Source of the DNA: the human T2T-CHM13v2.0 reference genome, Homo sapiens
Reading direction: 5' to 3' (one strand)
NCBI RefSeq assembly: GCF_009914755.1
Contig: NC_060925.1
Length of the DNA: 64,000 nucleotides
How positions within the stretch are numbered: position 1 is the stretch's first letter; each line of letters begins with the position of its first letter. The translations under genes were made by a program, and so were the position numbers. A model generated the notes under the pieces. The model did not search any database and had not been told where the DNA came from. It worked only from the letters and a program-made list of their open reading frames with translations. Below are positions 40,566-54,055 of this stretch, one piece after another.

Positions 40566-42439
40566 AATGATGCAATATAAAAGCTGACAGCCTTTTCAAT
40601 TCCTCTCTTAAGTCACTCTCTGCAATCTCAGACACCTATACAGGAAGAAAAATGTGGGTTGGCTTCATGAAACACAACCGTTCCCCCACCCTAGCCCAGG
40701 TAGAAAATGGTTTAGGGTTAGTACTTTTACTTTTCCCCAAAAGCCCTGATACTGATTCAGAGGTTGCTGCACTATGAATGGTCTTCATGCTGTTTTCTTT
40801 GGGTGACCCCTCCTGGTGGGGTAAATGTGGGGATGATGGTGATGTTGACTGACCGACCCACTGGGTCAGATTTCAACGTCAAGTTGCCTGATGAGGTAGA
40901 CACAAGTGTGCTAGCATGTTCTGGAGAATACCCCTCAGGTCCCCTGTCCCCGTCAGAACCTGTACGGATTCCACGGCTCCCTGGGGAATGACTTGGGGAT
41001 CCTGGAACTTGTCCTGCACCCACAGATTACCCCTTGGTGGCTGCAGTGACATCCACCTGCCAACTGCTACCCTCAAAGGCTCTTGTTGAAATGGACATGT
41101 GTTCTCTGCTGGGGCCCCACAGAGTGATTTTGGCTCTTTCCTGTCACATTATAGGAATTTCATCAGGTCCCAAGGAGGAAATAGAACAAGAGACAGAGGT
41201 CACAAAAGCAAAGACCTCAGCACAAGAGCGCACATCTTAGCTGGGGATCAGCCTGTGGTAGTGAGGGCAGGGCCAGGGAAGGAGGGCAGAAAAGGGGCTC
41301 GAGACAGTGCACCTGGTTATGGAAAACTAAAAGGGAAGGGGCTTAGGATGGGTGGAGAAACAGGGAACTTATACTTTACAGGAAGTGCAGCTGCCACCCG
41401 CGCCTGCTCCCTGCATATTCGTTCATCCAGATATGTGTTAATGCGTATGTGTCCGCGTTCATTCATTCATCCATCCATCCATCCCTCCATCCGCCCGACA
41501 GCAGGCCTGCAAAGAAATGCTGAGACATTGCCAGGAGCTTGCAATCAATTGGCCAGAATGATTTTCTAATTTCTTCCCCTCTGCACCCTTCAACGAATTT
41601 ATCTTTTACATACTGACCTGAACCCTTAAGTGCTCTGTGCAGCTGGGACAGATTTGCAAAATGAAGGTCAAACTGGATGAACTTCATCTATGGGGGGTCT
41701 CGCCGAGAACAATCCCTGACTTACCTGGTCAGAATCAATTGGGGAATAATTGGCCTCCTGACTTCAATGATGCCTGCATGCTGATTCAGTCTTGATGATA
41801 TAATTACGGGAGAAGGTGGGGCCACGGCACCCTGGACCATCACTGAGAGAGCTCTCCAGGCTCTCCAGGCTCTCCAGGTTGGGATGCGGAGGTGAAGTGA
41901 TGTGGTGTTTTTTATCTGGGAGAGAGCTGGGATCTCTGTGAACAGGGCTGAGGGGATAGTTAAAGGGGTCATGGGACGAGAGTGGGACGTGACCTCCAGG
42001 GACGTCTGAGTGTGTAGATCAAACGGGCCTTTGAGGGCCTGAGTCATTTTGTCAAGGGCAGCAAAGCCAGGCCCGAGCTGGTGCAGCCACGCATGTGTGG
42101 GTTGACCCAGAAGGAGCCTTGGCCACCACATGTTGATGGCAGGCGTGTCTCGTCTGGTGTGCAGCCGTTCCTGCTGTTCAGAAGCCTCACACGGAACCCT
42201 CCGTTTGTGTAAAGCTCTGTGATTTTTAAAGGACTCTCACGTATTTTTTCCTCTGGTAGATGAGTGGGCTGAGAACGTAAGTGATTTGTCCAAGGTCAAT
42301 GAAGAAATCAGCAGAGCAATTATTAAACTGTATTAGAGAGCATGTTGCTGAGTGCTGTGGGGAGAGGCCTCGGGGGAGGATGTGGGCCTGGCTGGGCCTA
42401 GCCAGAAAGACAGGGCAGGATCCAGATGCAGACCTGCTC

Positions 42440-42544
42440 ACGTGCACACACAGGGATGCACCCATGCATGCTTCCCTCACACCCAGCTGTGTGCACACAA
42501 CATGAAGGGGCACACATGCACATGCACACATGCCCACATGCATA

Positions 42545-42575
<31 letters not shown>

Positions 42576-42730
42576 TCATGCCCAAGCACGCCCACCCTCA
42601 TGTCTCACCATGTGCACATAACACACAGTCACATATACCCTGGCACACATGCCCACATGCAGACACGAAACACAGGCCCACGCTTGCATGCACACAGGTA
42701 TGGGCACACATACCATGCACACATAAAGAC
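42440..42730. repeat. CA-rich alternating purine-pyrimidine tract, including a perfect (CA)14 at 42547-42574
   Basis: Directly visible. Confidence 0.92.
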
Positions 42731-43910
42731 AAATACCAGGCCAGACATGATTTGCCCCTGCTGGTGTCACTGTTAAGTGTGACAGACAAGCAGAGGACAC
42801 ACACCCACCTGGGACGCGGGGCTTCAGGAGAGAGGCAGACCTAATAGGGCCCGGATTCGGGGCTGGGAGGCTCCTGAGGGGCCACAGGGTCCAGACCTCT
42901 CCTATACCTCCCTGTCCTGGGGCCAGTGGTTAGGCCACTGCACCGAGGAAGGAAGCCCTCAGACAGAGCGTCCTTGGAAGGATTGAGTGAGCCCATCCTA
43001 GCAGAACCTCCAGCTGCTCTTCCCCTCCACAGCTAGAATTGAAATAATCAAAATAATCACATGCAATCATACTAAATAACAATGTGCAATGATAACAAAT
43101 GGACGTCAGAGACACCCTCAAAGGCCTGGAGTTTGCTGGAGAGTCTAGGGCGACAATTTCCTAAATGAGTTGTTTTGGAGCCCTCCCACCTCTGCCAGCA
43201 CCGAGAAGGCTGTTGTGGGTATGTGTGTCGAGGTGCACTGGGTTCCATCCTCAGAGGGAGGGGACAGGTCTCCAGGGCTCTGCCTTTCTCCCCCGTTACC
43301 AGCCTTGCTTCTGTCCACACCTTTGGGAGGAATGTTGCCCTGCCCTCCATCCTGGAGGGCAGGCAGGGCTCTGCCAGGCTCTGATGAGGAAAGGATAAAG
43401 CTCCGCTCCACAGAAGGAGGGGGCCTGGGGTTTTAAGCCAGCCTCCATTTCCTCTCCTCCTTCCACCCAGACTGCCTTACCCTCCTCTGCTGTTCACAGT
43501 GCCCTTCTCAGACTAGCTGGTGCTTAGGAATGAATTATGCACACCTTGGGACTGCCAGAGCACAGAGGATGGGAGATGAAAGGCCTCCTCCAAGAGGTGT
43601 GAAACATACCTTGTGCATTTGGCTTTGAGTCAGAGTCAGCAGGTCACGTGGGGATGGTGGGTGGAGTCAAAGGAGGCTGCTGGGTCCTGGGCAGCGCTTC
43701 CTCTCCAAGGCCAGCGTCCTGATGTCCCTCTGTTGCTGGGGGCGAGTCGACTGCTTTCAGTCTTTGGCTAGGACTTGGGGACACGTGGTGGGAGCATGGT
43801 TTCTGGAATCAGGCTCTGCCACTGACCAGACTGCGGGTAAACTGCACTAGTGTCTCAGCCTCTCCCAGCCTCCCTTTCCTCTTTGCAAAATGAAAACAGT
43901 GAAGCCAATG

Positions 43911-44368
43911 GCATTGGTTTCCCGTGGCTGCTGTAACCAAGTTTCGCACATGGGTGATTTAAAACAACAGCAATTTATTCTTCCATAATTCTGGGGACCA
44001 GAAGTCTGAAAGAAAGGTGTCCTAGGACCATGCTCCCTCTGGAGGCTCCTGGGGAGGAGCCTTCCTCGCTGCTTCCAGCTTCTGGGGACTCCAGGCATTC
44101 CTCGGACGGTGGCTGCATCTCCCCAGTCTCTGCCTCCATCATCCCGTGGCTGCCTCCTCTATATCTCTATGTGTCTCAAATATCCCTCTCCTTTCCTTAT
44201 AAGGACACTTGTCATTGGATTTAGGGTCCACCCTGAGTCCCAGGCAATTGAGATCCTTAGCTAATCACATCTGCACAACCCTGTCTCCAAATAAGGTCCC
44301 ATGCTCAGGTACCTGAGCCAGGATGTGGCCATATCTTTTGGGGGAGGGAGCACCGTTCAACCCGCATC
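43911..44368 (-). mobile_element. MaLR LTR (MLT1C-like), near full length
   Basis: ggtttcccgtggctgctgtaac...ttaaaacaacagcaatttatt...cagaagtctgaa...tataaggacacttgtcattggatttaggg...cacatctgca...ccaaataaggtc. Confidence 0.85.
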
Positions 44369-45628
44369 GCCCACCTTGTGAGATGATTACTGTAAACATG
44401 AGCAATAACGGGTGGGACGGGCCCAGCAGAGCACCTGGCATAGAGCAAGGCTCCCAACACATGGTAACCCCTTATCAGCATCTGTGCAGGGACCACAACT
44501 GTCCAACAATTGACCACTCCAGGTGCCTTCTAAGGCTAATTTTGTACCATGACCGAAAATACGTTTTAGGGCTTACAATGAAAAATTGTCCTACTTAGTA
44601 CAAACAACTGCTATTGAATTCTATTCCTTGCAGCTCAGCAGGCAGCCTCTGGGGTGACAGAGGGGCATGGAGTGAACACCAGGTTTCGTGGTTTGCCCAC
44701 ACATTTGGGTGTCATAGATTGGCCTGTGTGCTCCCCAGCCTGGGAAATTGCCTCCCCACCACTGGGACTTTCATTGACAAGGCAGCTGGTGGTACGACAC
44801 CTCCTAGGTGTTCACCACCAGCCTTGTGACCCCGCACTGCAGGGACTGTGGGTCTTGATAGGAGCGCCAAGGTAAAAGCACCAGATTAGTCTGCAGAGAA
44901 GAGATTCATTCACTCTGTAGTCCAGGCAGGACAAGACCGTGTTCACGTGAGGTCACCTGTGGGAGAACGCCACTGTCCCAGCCTCCATGTTGACACAAAA
45001 CCAGACGTCAGCCAGAGCCAAAGGAGACAGATGTGGCATCAAAGGGAGAGAAGGAGAGGAAGAGGTCCCACAGAGGGGTCTGAGAGGTCTGTCCTTGCGG
45101 GCATTTGCTGTGCCGTCGTCAGCCTCACTCCCTCCAGGAGGGCTCTGTGCATGTCCTGACTTGGCTGCACTCTGGCCCTCTCCACTTGCCCACACTCCGA
45201 TACACCCCTGACTGCTCCTGAGTTGTTCCCCGCTCCTCCAAATGCCATCCCCCCTCTCCACCTCACCCGGCCTCTGTTGCCTCTCCTGGGGGCCCTCATG
45301 TAGCTTCTGTCTCTTGCTGCTGTCTTGCAGACCGGGTTGGCCAGGGCCTCCTCCTCCTCCTTGGGCTTTCAGGCCTTTAGGCTTCTTTCAAAATCCCCAT
45401 CCTCCAGCGCATGTGAGGTCTGGCTGTGCCGCCCCCTTCCCTCCTAGGCACTGAACCATCCTCCCACTTGTCCCTCTTGGGCCCCATTCTACCTGACGTG
45501 CAAAACCTCCACCTTGAGTGAGAGCAACTGCGTGCCATCCACACATATGCATGGAAGGAGTGGATAGATCACAGTTAGGCTGAGTCTAAGTCCACAATTG
45601 CCGACCTCAGATGAAAGCTTCCTTCGTT

Positions 45629-46014
<386 letters not shown>

Positions 46015-46386
46015 CTACACAGTGTCAACCTGGCCATCCCCTCACCTGACCTTCAGAGCCACTGCCTCTGGCCTCATCCTCGCCCCTGCATCCTCCCCTC
46101 CCCGTCCATCAGCTACTCCCTCCCATTGACCCTCACCCTGGAAGAGCCTCCCATGGCCTCTGTCCCATCTCAGCGCTTCTGCTGTGTGGGGTGCATCACG
46201 TGCGTGATCACCCTGCTGTGCTGGGTGTGTTACATGCATGATCTCCTGTTACTCATGATGCCAGGGTGAGCTGAGTTGTTGTGTGTGTCTCCGGCCAGCA
46301 CCTGCAAGGGGGAGGCACTGCCTAGGCGTCGGCCTCTGTGACTGGTAGTCACGACGTTGTGGTCCTCAAAAATGGAACAGGGCTCT

Positions 46387-46672
46387 GGCTGGGTGCGGTG
46401 TCTCACGCCTGTAATCCCAGCACTTTGGGAGGCTGAGGTGGACAGATCACCTGAGGTCAGGAGTTTGAAACCAGCCTGGCCAATATGGTAAAACCCTGTC
46501 TCTACTAAAAATGCAAAAATTAGCCAGGCATGATGGCGTGTGCCTGTAATCCCAGCAACTCAGGAGGCTGAGGCAGGAGAATCGCTTAAACTGGGGAGGC
46601 TGAGGTTGCAGTTAGCCTAGATTGTGCCACTGCACCCCAGCCTGGGTGACAGAGTGAGACTCTGTCTCAAAA

Positions 46673-46695
<23 letters not shown>
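46387..46695 (+). mobile_element. Alu (AluSx-like) with a long A tail
   Basis: Full consensus, flanked by TSD AATGGAAC(C)AGGGCTCT. Confidence 0.95.
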
Positions 46696-46703
<8 letters not shown>

Positions 46704-46713
46704 CCAGGGCTCT

Positions 46714-46935
46714 TACAAAAGAGGATGACAGGGCACCCTGGAGTCTTTTTGCCTTTCTGCCACTTGAGGATGCAGCAAAAGGCACCATCTTAGAAGCAGA
46801 GAGCAGCCCTTGCTAGACCCCAAACCTGCCAGCACCTTCATCTTGAACCTTCCAGCTTCTAGAACTGTGAGAAATAAGTCTGTGTTTATAAGTCACCCAA
46901 TGTAAGGTGTGAGAACCGCAGGAGTGGACTGAGCC
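46714..46935 (+). mobile_element. MaLR LTR fragment (MST/MLT1A-like)
   Basis: tgaggatgcagcaaaaggcaccatctt.gaagcagagagcagccct...cttccagcttctagaactgtgagaaataa. Confidence 0.75.
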
Positions 46936-47664
46936 AGGACTTCAGCCTCTCATTTCTGGTGGACACGGTTCAACCAGCAACACTGTCCCCAGCATGCCAG
47001 GGCCCTGCAGTCCAGTTCGCAGTGCCCAGCTCGTTCCAGTCTTATCAACGTCATATTCTCTGCTGGGTTGTAAAGGGCCTTCCGTGAGCTCACACGGTGA
47101 GCAGAGTGTGTCCAGCTTAGGTCCCTTGGGACCTGCAGATGCTCTCAGGACAAAACCATATCAGGCGGACACACCTTCCACAGACATGGAGTCAGGCACT
47201 GCCTCCAAGTCTTGCTCTGCTCGAAGCTGAATACCTCCCCTTGCAGAAGTCACCTTGTCCCTGGAACCTCAGCCTTTACATCAGCAAAATCAAGACAGCG
47301 TTCCTTCCACTGACCCTGTCACCCATGGGGTTTCTGTAAAAAGCGAGACACGAGACGCTATGGCCCCAGATCTGTGGGATCCTCGCATGGATGCAGCTGC
47401 TGTCATGCGCTTATATGCCTCTGTCTTCTCCACTGCCGGCTTCCGGAGGATGGGCAACCCAGCCCTCCACGGACGTGGGGAGGCACACTGTGGAGGCCAG
47501 GGGGAGGCAAGAGTGGGGAGGACCAGGAAAAAACAAACCAGTGTATTTGGTGCATCTCCCTCATCACCGGGAGCTGTGCACAGAGGGACACAGTGACCCC
47601 AACTCCTTAGGGGCAGCGGCCCTGTGTACCAGAGGCCTTGCATCCAGGCAGGTGTTTCATGAAG

Positions 47665-48205
47665 GGTGTGTGGGTGTGTGTGTGGCACAGCTTGTGCCTT
47701 TAAGAGTGTGCCTGTGTTTGCATGCATGCAGTTCTTGTGTGTGTGCACTCGTGCACGCCTGTGTGTTTGTCCATGCCCGTGCGTCTGTGTTTTTGTGTCC
47801 CTGTTTGCAAATGTGTGTGTGTTGGGTTTTGTGCTCATATATGCTAGTGTTTTTGTGTATGCATGTGCCCATTCATGTGTGTGTATGTTTGTGTGTGAGT
47901 GGGCATAGGTATTTTCATGTCCATGTGTTTGTGTGTCTGTGTGTGCATGTGTTTGTGTGTGTGTGTGTGTTTGTATCTATATATGCCAGTGTGTCTGGTT
48001 GTGTTTGGGTCAGTATATGCTAGAGCATATGTGTTTGGCTGTGCATGTGTGTCTGGGGACATGTGTGTGCATTTGTCCCTGGCCATGTGTTTGTGTGTAT
48101 GTGTGCATGCCCATGTTTGTGTGTGCGTGTGTGCATGTATTTGTGTGTGTTCATGCATTTGTGTGTGCATGTGCAGGACAGTGTGTGTGCACACACACAC
48201 ATGCA
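47665..48205. repeat. Degenerate (TG)n-rich tract
   Basis: Directly visible. Confidence 0.93.
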
Positions 48206-48415
48206 CCTAAGGGGATGTGGAGGTGTGAACATACTTCTCGCTGCCAATGCTGGAAGAGCCTGGCTGTTCACTGCTCTGGAGACCTGTATGCTAAAAATAG
48301 AATGAGTTGGGAGGTGACACAGAGCCCTGCAGGACCACGTTGTCATCCTCATAACTGTTTTGAAAATGGCTTGTGAGCCTGAAGTGAAAAGTGCATGTGG
48401 CAGCCACAGCCTTTG

Positions 48416-48595
48416 CAGACAGAGCAGTGCCCTCTGCCAGGCTGGGATCAGTGGGTTCTCTAGGAGCAGGGCTGGAGGTGAGGTGTGCTGGGATGGGCAC
48501 AGTTACAGACAGAGCAGTGCCCTCTGCCAGGCTGGGATGAGTGGGTTCCCTAGGAGCAGGGCTGGAGGTAGGGTGTGCTGGGATGGGCACAGTGA
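48416..48595. repeat. Tandem duplication, 2 x 90 bp
   Basis: Copies start at 48416 and 48506; 4 mismatches over about 88 nt. Confidence 0.95.
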
Positions 48596-50063
48596 GCCTC
48601 AGAAATCTCCAGTGACACACCCTCCTCCTCCATCACTGTTAGAGGATGCTGCTGTCACCTTGGGAAGAAGACCAGGGATCCAAGTTGGTCTGATTGGACC
48701 AGAGAGGAAGGGATCTGACCTTCTGAGAAGAAGGAGGAGTGAGGTGGTTATTCTCCTCTCCAGCAACACGTTTATTGTCCCAGGGAGCTGGTGGCATACT
48801 AGATGGAACTGCCAGGAAGCAGGGAAAAGACCTCCAATCCCCTGACCTGGGCTGGGAGGGCCAGTGGAAAGGTCAGCTTCTCCCAATCCCCAGTGTAGAA
48901 TCCGAGACTCTGAGTGGTCAGATGATCCCTTTTGGCAGGTCACCACTCGATAGTGACCAGGCCATGACGGGAACCATCTGCATGGCCCCAAGGCAGCCTC
49001 CTGCACAACCCCCAGTGCCTCTCGCTCCCCTGGCTGCCTTGGGAACCTACCTGGACAGGTGCTCCTCCTCCAGACCACCCATTTCTCCCCCTCTGTTTTG
49101 TCTGGAGATGACGGCACCATGTCTGGACCCGGCAGAGCCTTTTGTGACCTGGGAAGGATCCAGCCTTGGTCGCTGGACACCTTCGTCCAGCACAGCCTCT
49201 TCCCTGGTGGAGGTGGCCACTGACAAACGTTCGAATTCCGCTCAGTTCCAGAATGTAGCTGATGTGATGAACCTATTAGCTGATGCTTCCTGACTCAGCA
49301 GGGCATAGGAGCTAGCAGAGAGGTCCCAGCCCACAGCCAGGTGTGCCCCAGCAAGGAGAGTGCTGAAAAGAAAGGGAGGCACCTGGAACCAAGTCAGATG
49401 CCATCTTCACTCACTCGTTCAATCAGTCATTCATTTGCCAAGTATTTATGATGTGGCTGCTGCTTCTCTGGAGACACTGTCATGAACAAGAGAGACACCT
49501 GCCTCTGCCTGGAGCCCACGGTCTGGCAGCTCATCCTCCTGGCTGCGCACATTCTGTCTGGGAGTCGTCTTGTCCACAACTTTACCCAGGACCCAGCCAC
49601 TGCATCCAAAGAGCACAGAGGCCTGGTGGCCACACCGATGATGGCAGTTTGTCCAGGAATACAGAGTGCAGTTGAAACACAAGCCAAGGGAGAAAGCACT
49701 CACGCTCTCTGCAAGGTGCGTTTCCACTATGTGTACAGTAAGATTGGGTCACGGGCACAGAAGCAGCCAACACAAAGGCAGGGCCGGAACAGAAGTTGAG
49801 TTCACAGGTGACTCTGGACACAGCAGCTGAGGAGTCAGACAGGGTGCACTGAGTCCCTGCCCACACCCCACAGCCTAATGCAACCAGACCTTCTTATGCC
49901 AGGCACCTGGCATCTGGCTGGATGGTAATAGTGGTGCCCACAGGAGTGAGTTAGCTGGGCAAGTGACTGCAAAGTATAGGGCTCAGGTGGGCGGAGGAAG
50001 TGCCATCTCAGACACATGAGAAAGGGAAGCAGTAAGGTCACAGCATGTCATTAAAGGAGGAAC

Positions 50064-50145
50064 AGAGGGAGGGGAGGAGGAGGGAGGAGAGGAGGAGGAG
50101 GGAGGAGAGAGAGGAGGAGGGAGAGGAGGAGGAGGGACAGGGGGA
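50064..50145. repeat. (GGA)n purine-rich tract
   Basis: Directly visible. Confidence 0.9.
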
Positions 50146-51399
50146 TGAGAAGACACTGGTGGCTTTGTTTCACCGAGATGAAGGAACAAGGAAAGAAACA
50201 GTTGTTTGTGTGGTTGAGGAGCTTGGAATTTCCCCAGGAAAGATGTCCAGTAGACAAGAGAATGCAGAAGGTGAGGGATCTGGGCAAGAGAGGACGTCAT
50301 GATCAGTAATTGCTCTAGAGATGATAATGGCAGTGCCCAGAGCCGATGGGATGGCCCAGGAAGAATGCCCATACCTTCTCTGTGAGCCCCATTCGCAATC
50401 TTACGAGCTATGGGGACCGAGTGGTCCACCTGGCTCATAGCAGGCTCTGAATAAATAGTAGTATCATATTATGGAGTTTAAATTAAATCAGCAGGAGGGA
50501 GCCCAGCACAGCTTCCAGCATGCAGCTCTGATGAGGTCTGGCCTCCTTCCTTCCCTCACTTTGATGTCACTATTTGCTTCAGGGACCAGGACTGTCTTGC
50601 TCCCCTGCATCTCTTCTGCCACAAAGAAACAATCCTGGGCTCCCAAGCCCACCCCCATGCTCCAGTAACCCTATCATTTGAATAATTTATTCTTCCAAGA
50701 AGAGTTTGCTTCTTGAAAGACAACTATAGAACCAGGATCCAAGTGGAAGAATTCAAAGCATAAGACAAAGACTGGGTCCTCTAGGGAAAAGGAGGCCTTG
50801 CAGAGCCCCCAAAGACACAACCTGTTTTGCTCACACCTCCTCATGTTCTCTTCAAACTTCCCGCCAACCCTTCCTGGGGTGCTCCTTGGCCACATGCCTT
50901 TGTTCTGGACTGTCCAGTGGGTCCCCTTGTATGACCTTCTCTCCATCCGTACCATCCCTGCCTCTAAAGATGCCAACCAGAGAGCCTACCATGAATCTTC
51001 TCCTTCTTTTACGGCGTTTTATATCATTGCTGCTGGAAGGGCCCTGTGCACTAATCAGTCCTGAGATTTTCACAGTTCTTTTCAGCTAAATCTTTCATCC
51101 CCAACATGGAAAATAGGTTGAGGGGAGACAGCAGTGTATGGAGAGAGAGTGGGTGCCCTGCAGCTTCCTCTTTGATTCTTCTCCAGCCCCTGGAAGCTAC
51201 ATTAAGGCCCAAGAGAACACCTTGAGGCTTACTGATCTAGGCCCAGTTTCCTCTTACACAGATGGGAAAACCCACACCCAAAAAGGACGTGAAAATTTCC
51301 CAAGGCTGATTGCACAGGAATTAGCAGGAATTTACTCCATTTTCTTAAAAATATTCCTATGAATTATTCATATATAAATATGTAAATTATTCATATACA

Positions 51400-51965
<566 letters not shown>

Positions 51966-51984
51966 ATGATTCATGGCACTAAAT

Positions 51985-52307
51985 CAGACATTGACCAGCT
52001 ATAGTCCATGGACCAATCCTGCCTGGTTCCTGCGTTTGTACATCCTGGGAACGAAGAATGGTTTTGTCATGTTTAGAAGGTTGAAAAAAATTAAAAGGAT
52101 AACGGTTTGCAACACATGAAAGTTATTTGAAATTCTATTTCTAGTGTCCACAATTAAAGACTTCCTGGCACATAGCACACTCATTTGTTTACATTTGTCT
52201 GTGGCTACACAGGCAGGGGTGTGTTGTTACTACCAAAGCTGTATGGTCTGTAAAACCTAAGCTATTGACTCTCTGGCCCTTTGCAGGAAAAGTTTGCCAA
52301 TTCTTGC
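51985..52307 (+). mobile_element. MER58B-like hAT-Charlie DNA transposon
   Basis: aagaatggtttt...ctcatttgtttacatt...ctggccctttgcaggaaaagtttgccaattcttg. Confidence 0.75.
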
Positions 52308-53538
52308 TCTCAAGGCAGTTTCTCCTGTAGCAGAGACTCCCTTTCCCTTCTGGCTACCCACTAGGTTGGGACTATGTGGAGAGAAAGTGAGTTTCCAGTC
52401 TCTCAGGCAGCCCATCCTCCTTGACAGTCCCAATCTCCATTCCAAGCTTCCCAGACCATGGATGGCTTCCTGGCCTCAAGCAGCTGCCACTTTGAGGATG
52501 AGAGGACAACATCTCACGTCTTCTAAACTCACAGGGAATTCCCAGCTTCTGATTTTCCAGACTGAAACTGAACATTTGTCTATTTGTTTGTTTCTGTTTG
52601 TTTTCGGTGACGGGGCCTCAGTCTTGTGCTTTGAAAGGCCTTCTTGGAAACATGGATTAAGACGTTGCTGGGACCCCAGCGCAAAGCAAGGAGTGGCCGT
52701 TTTCCTATGGCTTCCTTATTCCAAGCGAGCGAGCCTCCCTTGTGCTGCCTGCCCTTGGGTCCTCCTTCCTGCTCTCCCCTCATCTCAACCTGGGGCATTT
52801 GTGGGGACAGTGCTCACAGCCACCACTCCCTGGGCCTTTCATGTCCTGACTTGCAACAGCCCCAGTGGGCAAGATGCAGGGAGATCAGCCCTGCCTGGGC
52901 AGGAACCCCCAGCTGGCCCACCAGGTGTCTCTGCCTTGGAGCCAGGTGGTATGAGCACAGGGATTCTCACCATGTGCCCTCCCTGCAGCCCATGGAGCCG
53001 TGGTTGGGTGGCACTGCCCACTCCTGTCCTGGTGGGAGAAGGGGCACCAGGTGACTGTCCAAGAGCAACAGGGAGGGTAACTGGGGGCCTTTCGAGTGCA
53101 TCTATTTATCTGTTTATTGTTTTTAATAAAATGGCTGTTGGTGTCATAAAGACAGCAGCTGTTACTGAATTTAACAATATTCTGCAGCAGGAAGCACTCA
53201 GAACCCCTGTGGGAAGTGGGTGCGGGGGACTCTCACATGTCCCCCTCCTCTCTCACACCACCCCCACACTTAAGATTGCATTGCAATTTCCCCACTCTCT
53301 GGCTGCATAGAGGTTTTAATGAAACAAGGGGATAACCATCTCCCTCCTGCTGGCTCTGTTGACACTGCCAGTGGGTTTTGCAGGCAGAGCACCCTGCCTG
53401 GCCACGGGGCTCTGTTTGCAAGCTTCCGGCCTTGCTCCAGGGAGATTAAGCTGCCCCCACCCCCACCCCCTGCCTGCCCATGGACTCAGTCTAGTACCGG
53501 GGGTTTGACTCAGACCTCACTGGAAGGCATGTCTTGGA

Positions 53539-54055
53539 TGTTAAAGGAAAAATTATTCAATGAGACTTGTTAGAGAGCAGTAAGGAATGCTTTACTTGTA
53601 AGGAATGCTTTACTTGGGGCCATCACAGCAAGTACAGGGACCACACAGTGGGATTTCGCAATGGGGGAGAGAGATTGGGCTCAACTTAGAACACAGCCTG
53701 GGCAAATGGGAATTTGCAGCCAAGGGGTAGGGCGGGGTGGTGGGGGGATTAAAAACGACTAGGAGGAAACACTGGAGTAAGGGGGGTTCTGGCTGTTAAA
53801 CCCACCTAACAGGGTTCTTGCTGAAGGCAGGCCAGGTTGATCAGACGTCACCTGGGGAAGGGTGAAGGATGACAACGGATCAGAAATGGAGGGTGATCAG
53901 ATATGGAGGGTGGGGGTTTTGGCTAAACTCACTTAGCAGGGTTCTTTGCTAAGCATAGACTTATGCTTAGCATATGCATAAGGAAGTGCCCAGACAAGCC
54001 TAGGAGAAGGTGCAGGAGCCTGATGAGAGTTTCGCCAGGCAGAGGATCTTTGTCA
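53539..54055 (-). mobile_element. ERV1 solo LTR (MER31-like)
   Basis: TG...CA termini; tgttaaaggaaaaattattcaatga...gagagagattgggctcaact...ttctggct...gatcagatat...ctttgtca. Confidence 0.7.

Noticed and set aside
47391-48376. Cys/Val- and His/Thr-rich ORFs (also near 7.7-8.4, 42.2-42.8 and 58.0-58.9 kb)
   Set aside because: Artefacts of (TG)n/(CA)n tracts, not metal-binding proteins.
52294-53310. 338-aa ORF, the longest in the window
   Set aside because: No recognisable domain, a non-ATG start at the end of a MER58, and composition typical of chance GC-rich intronic frames.
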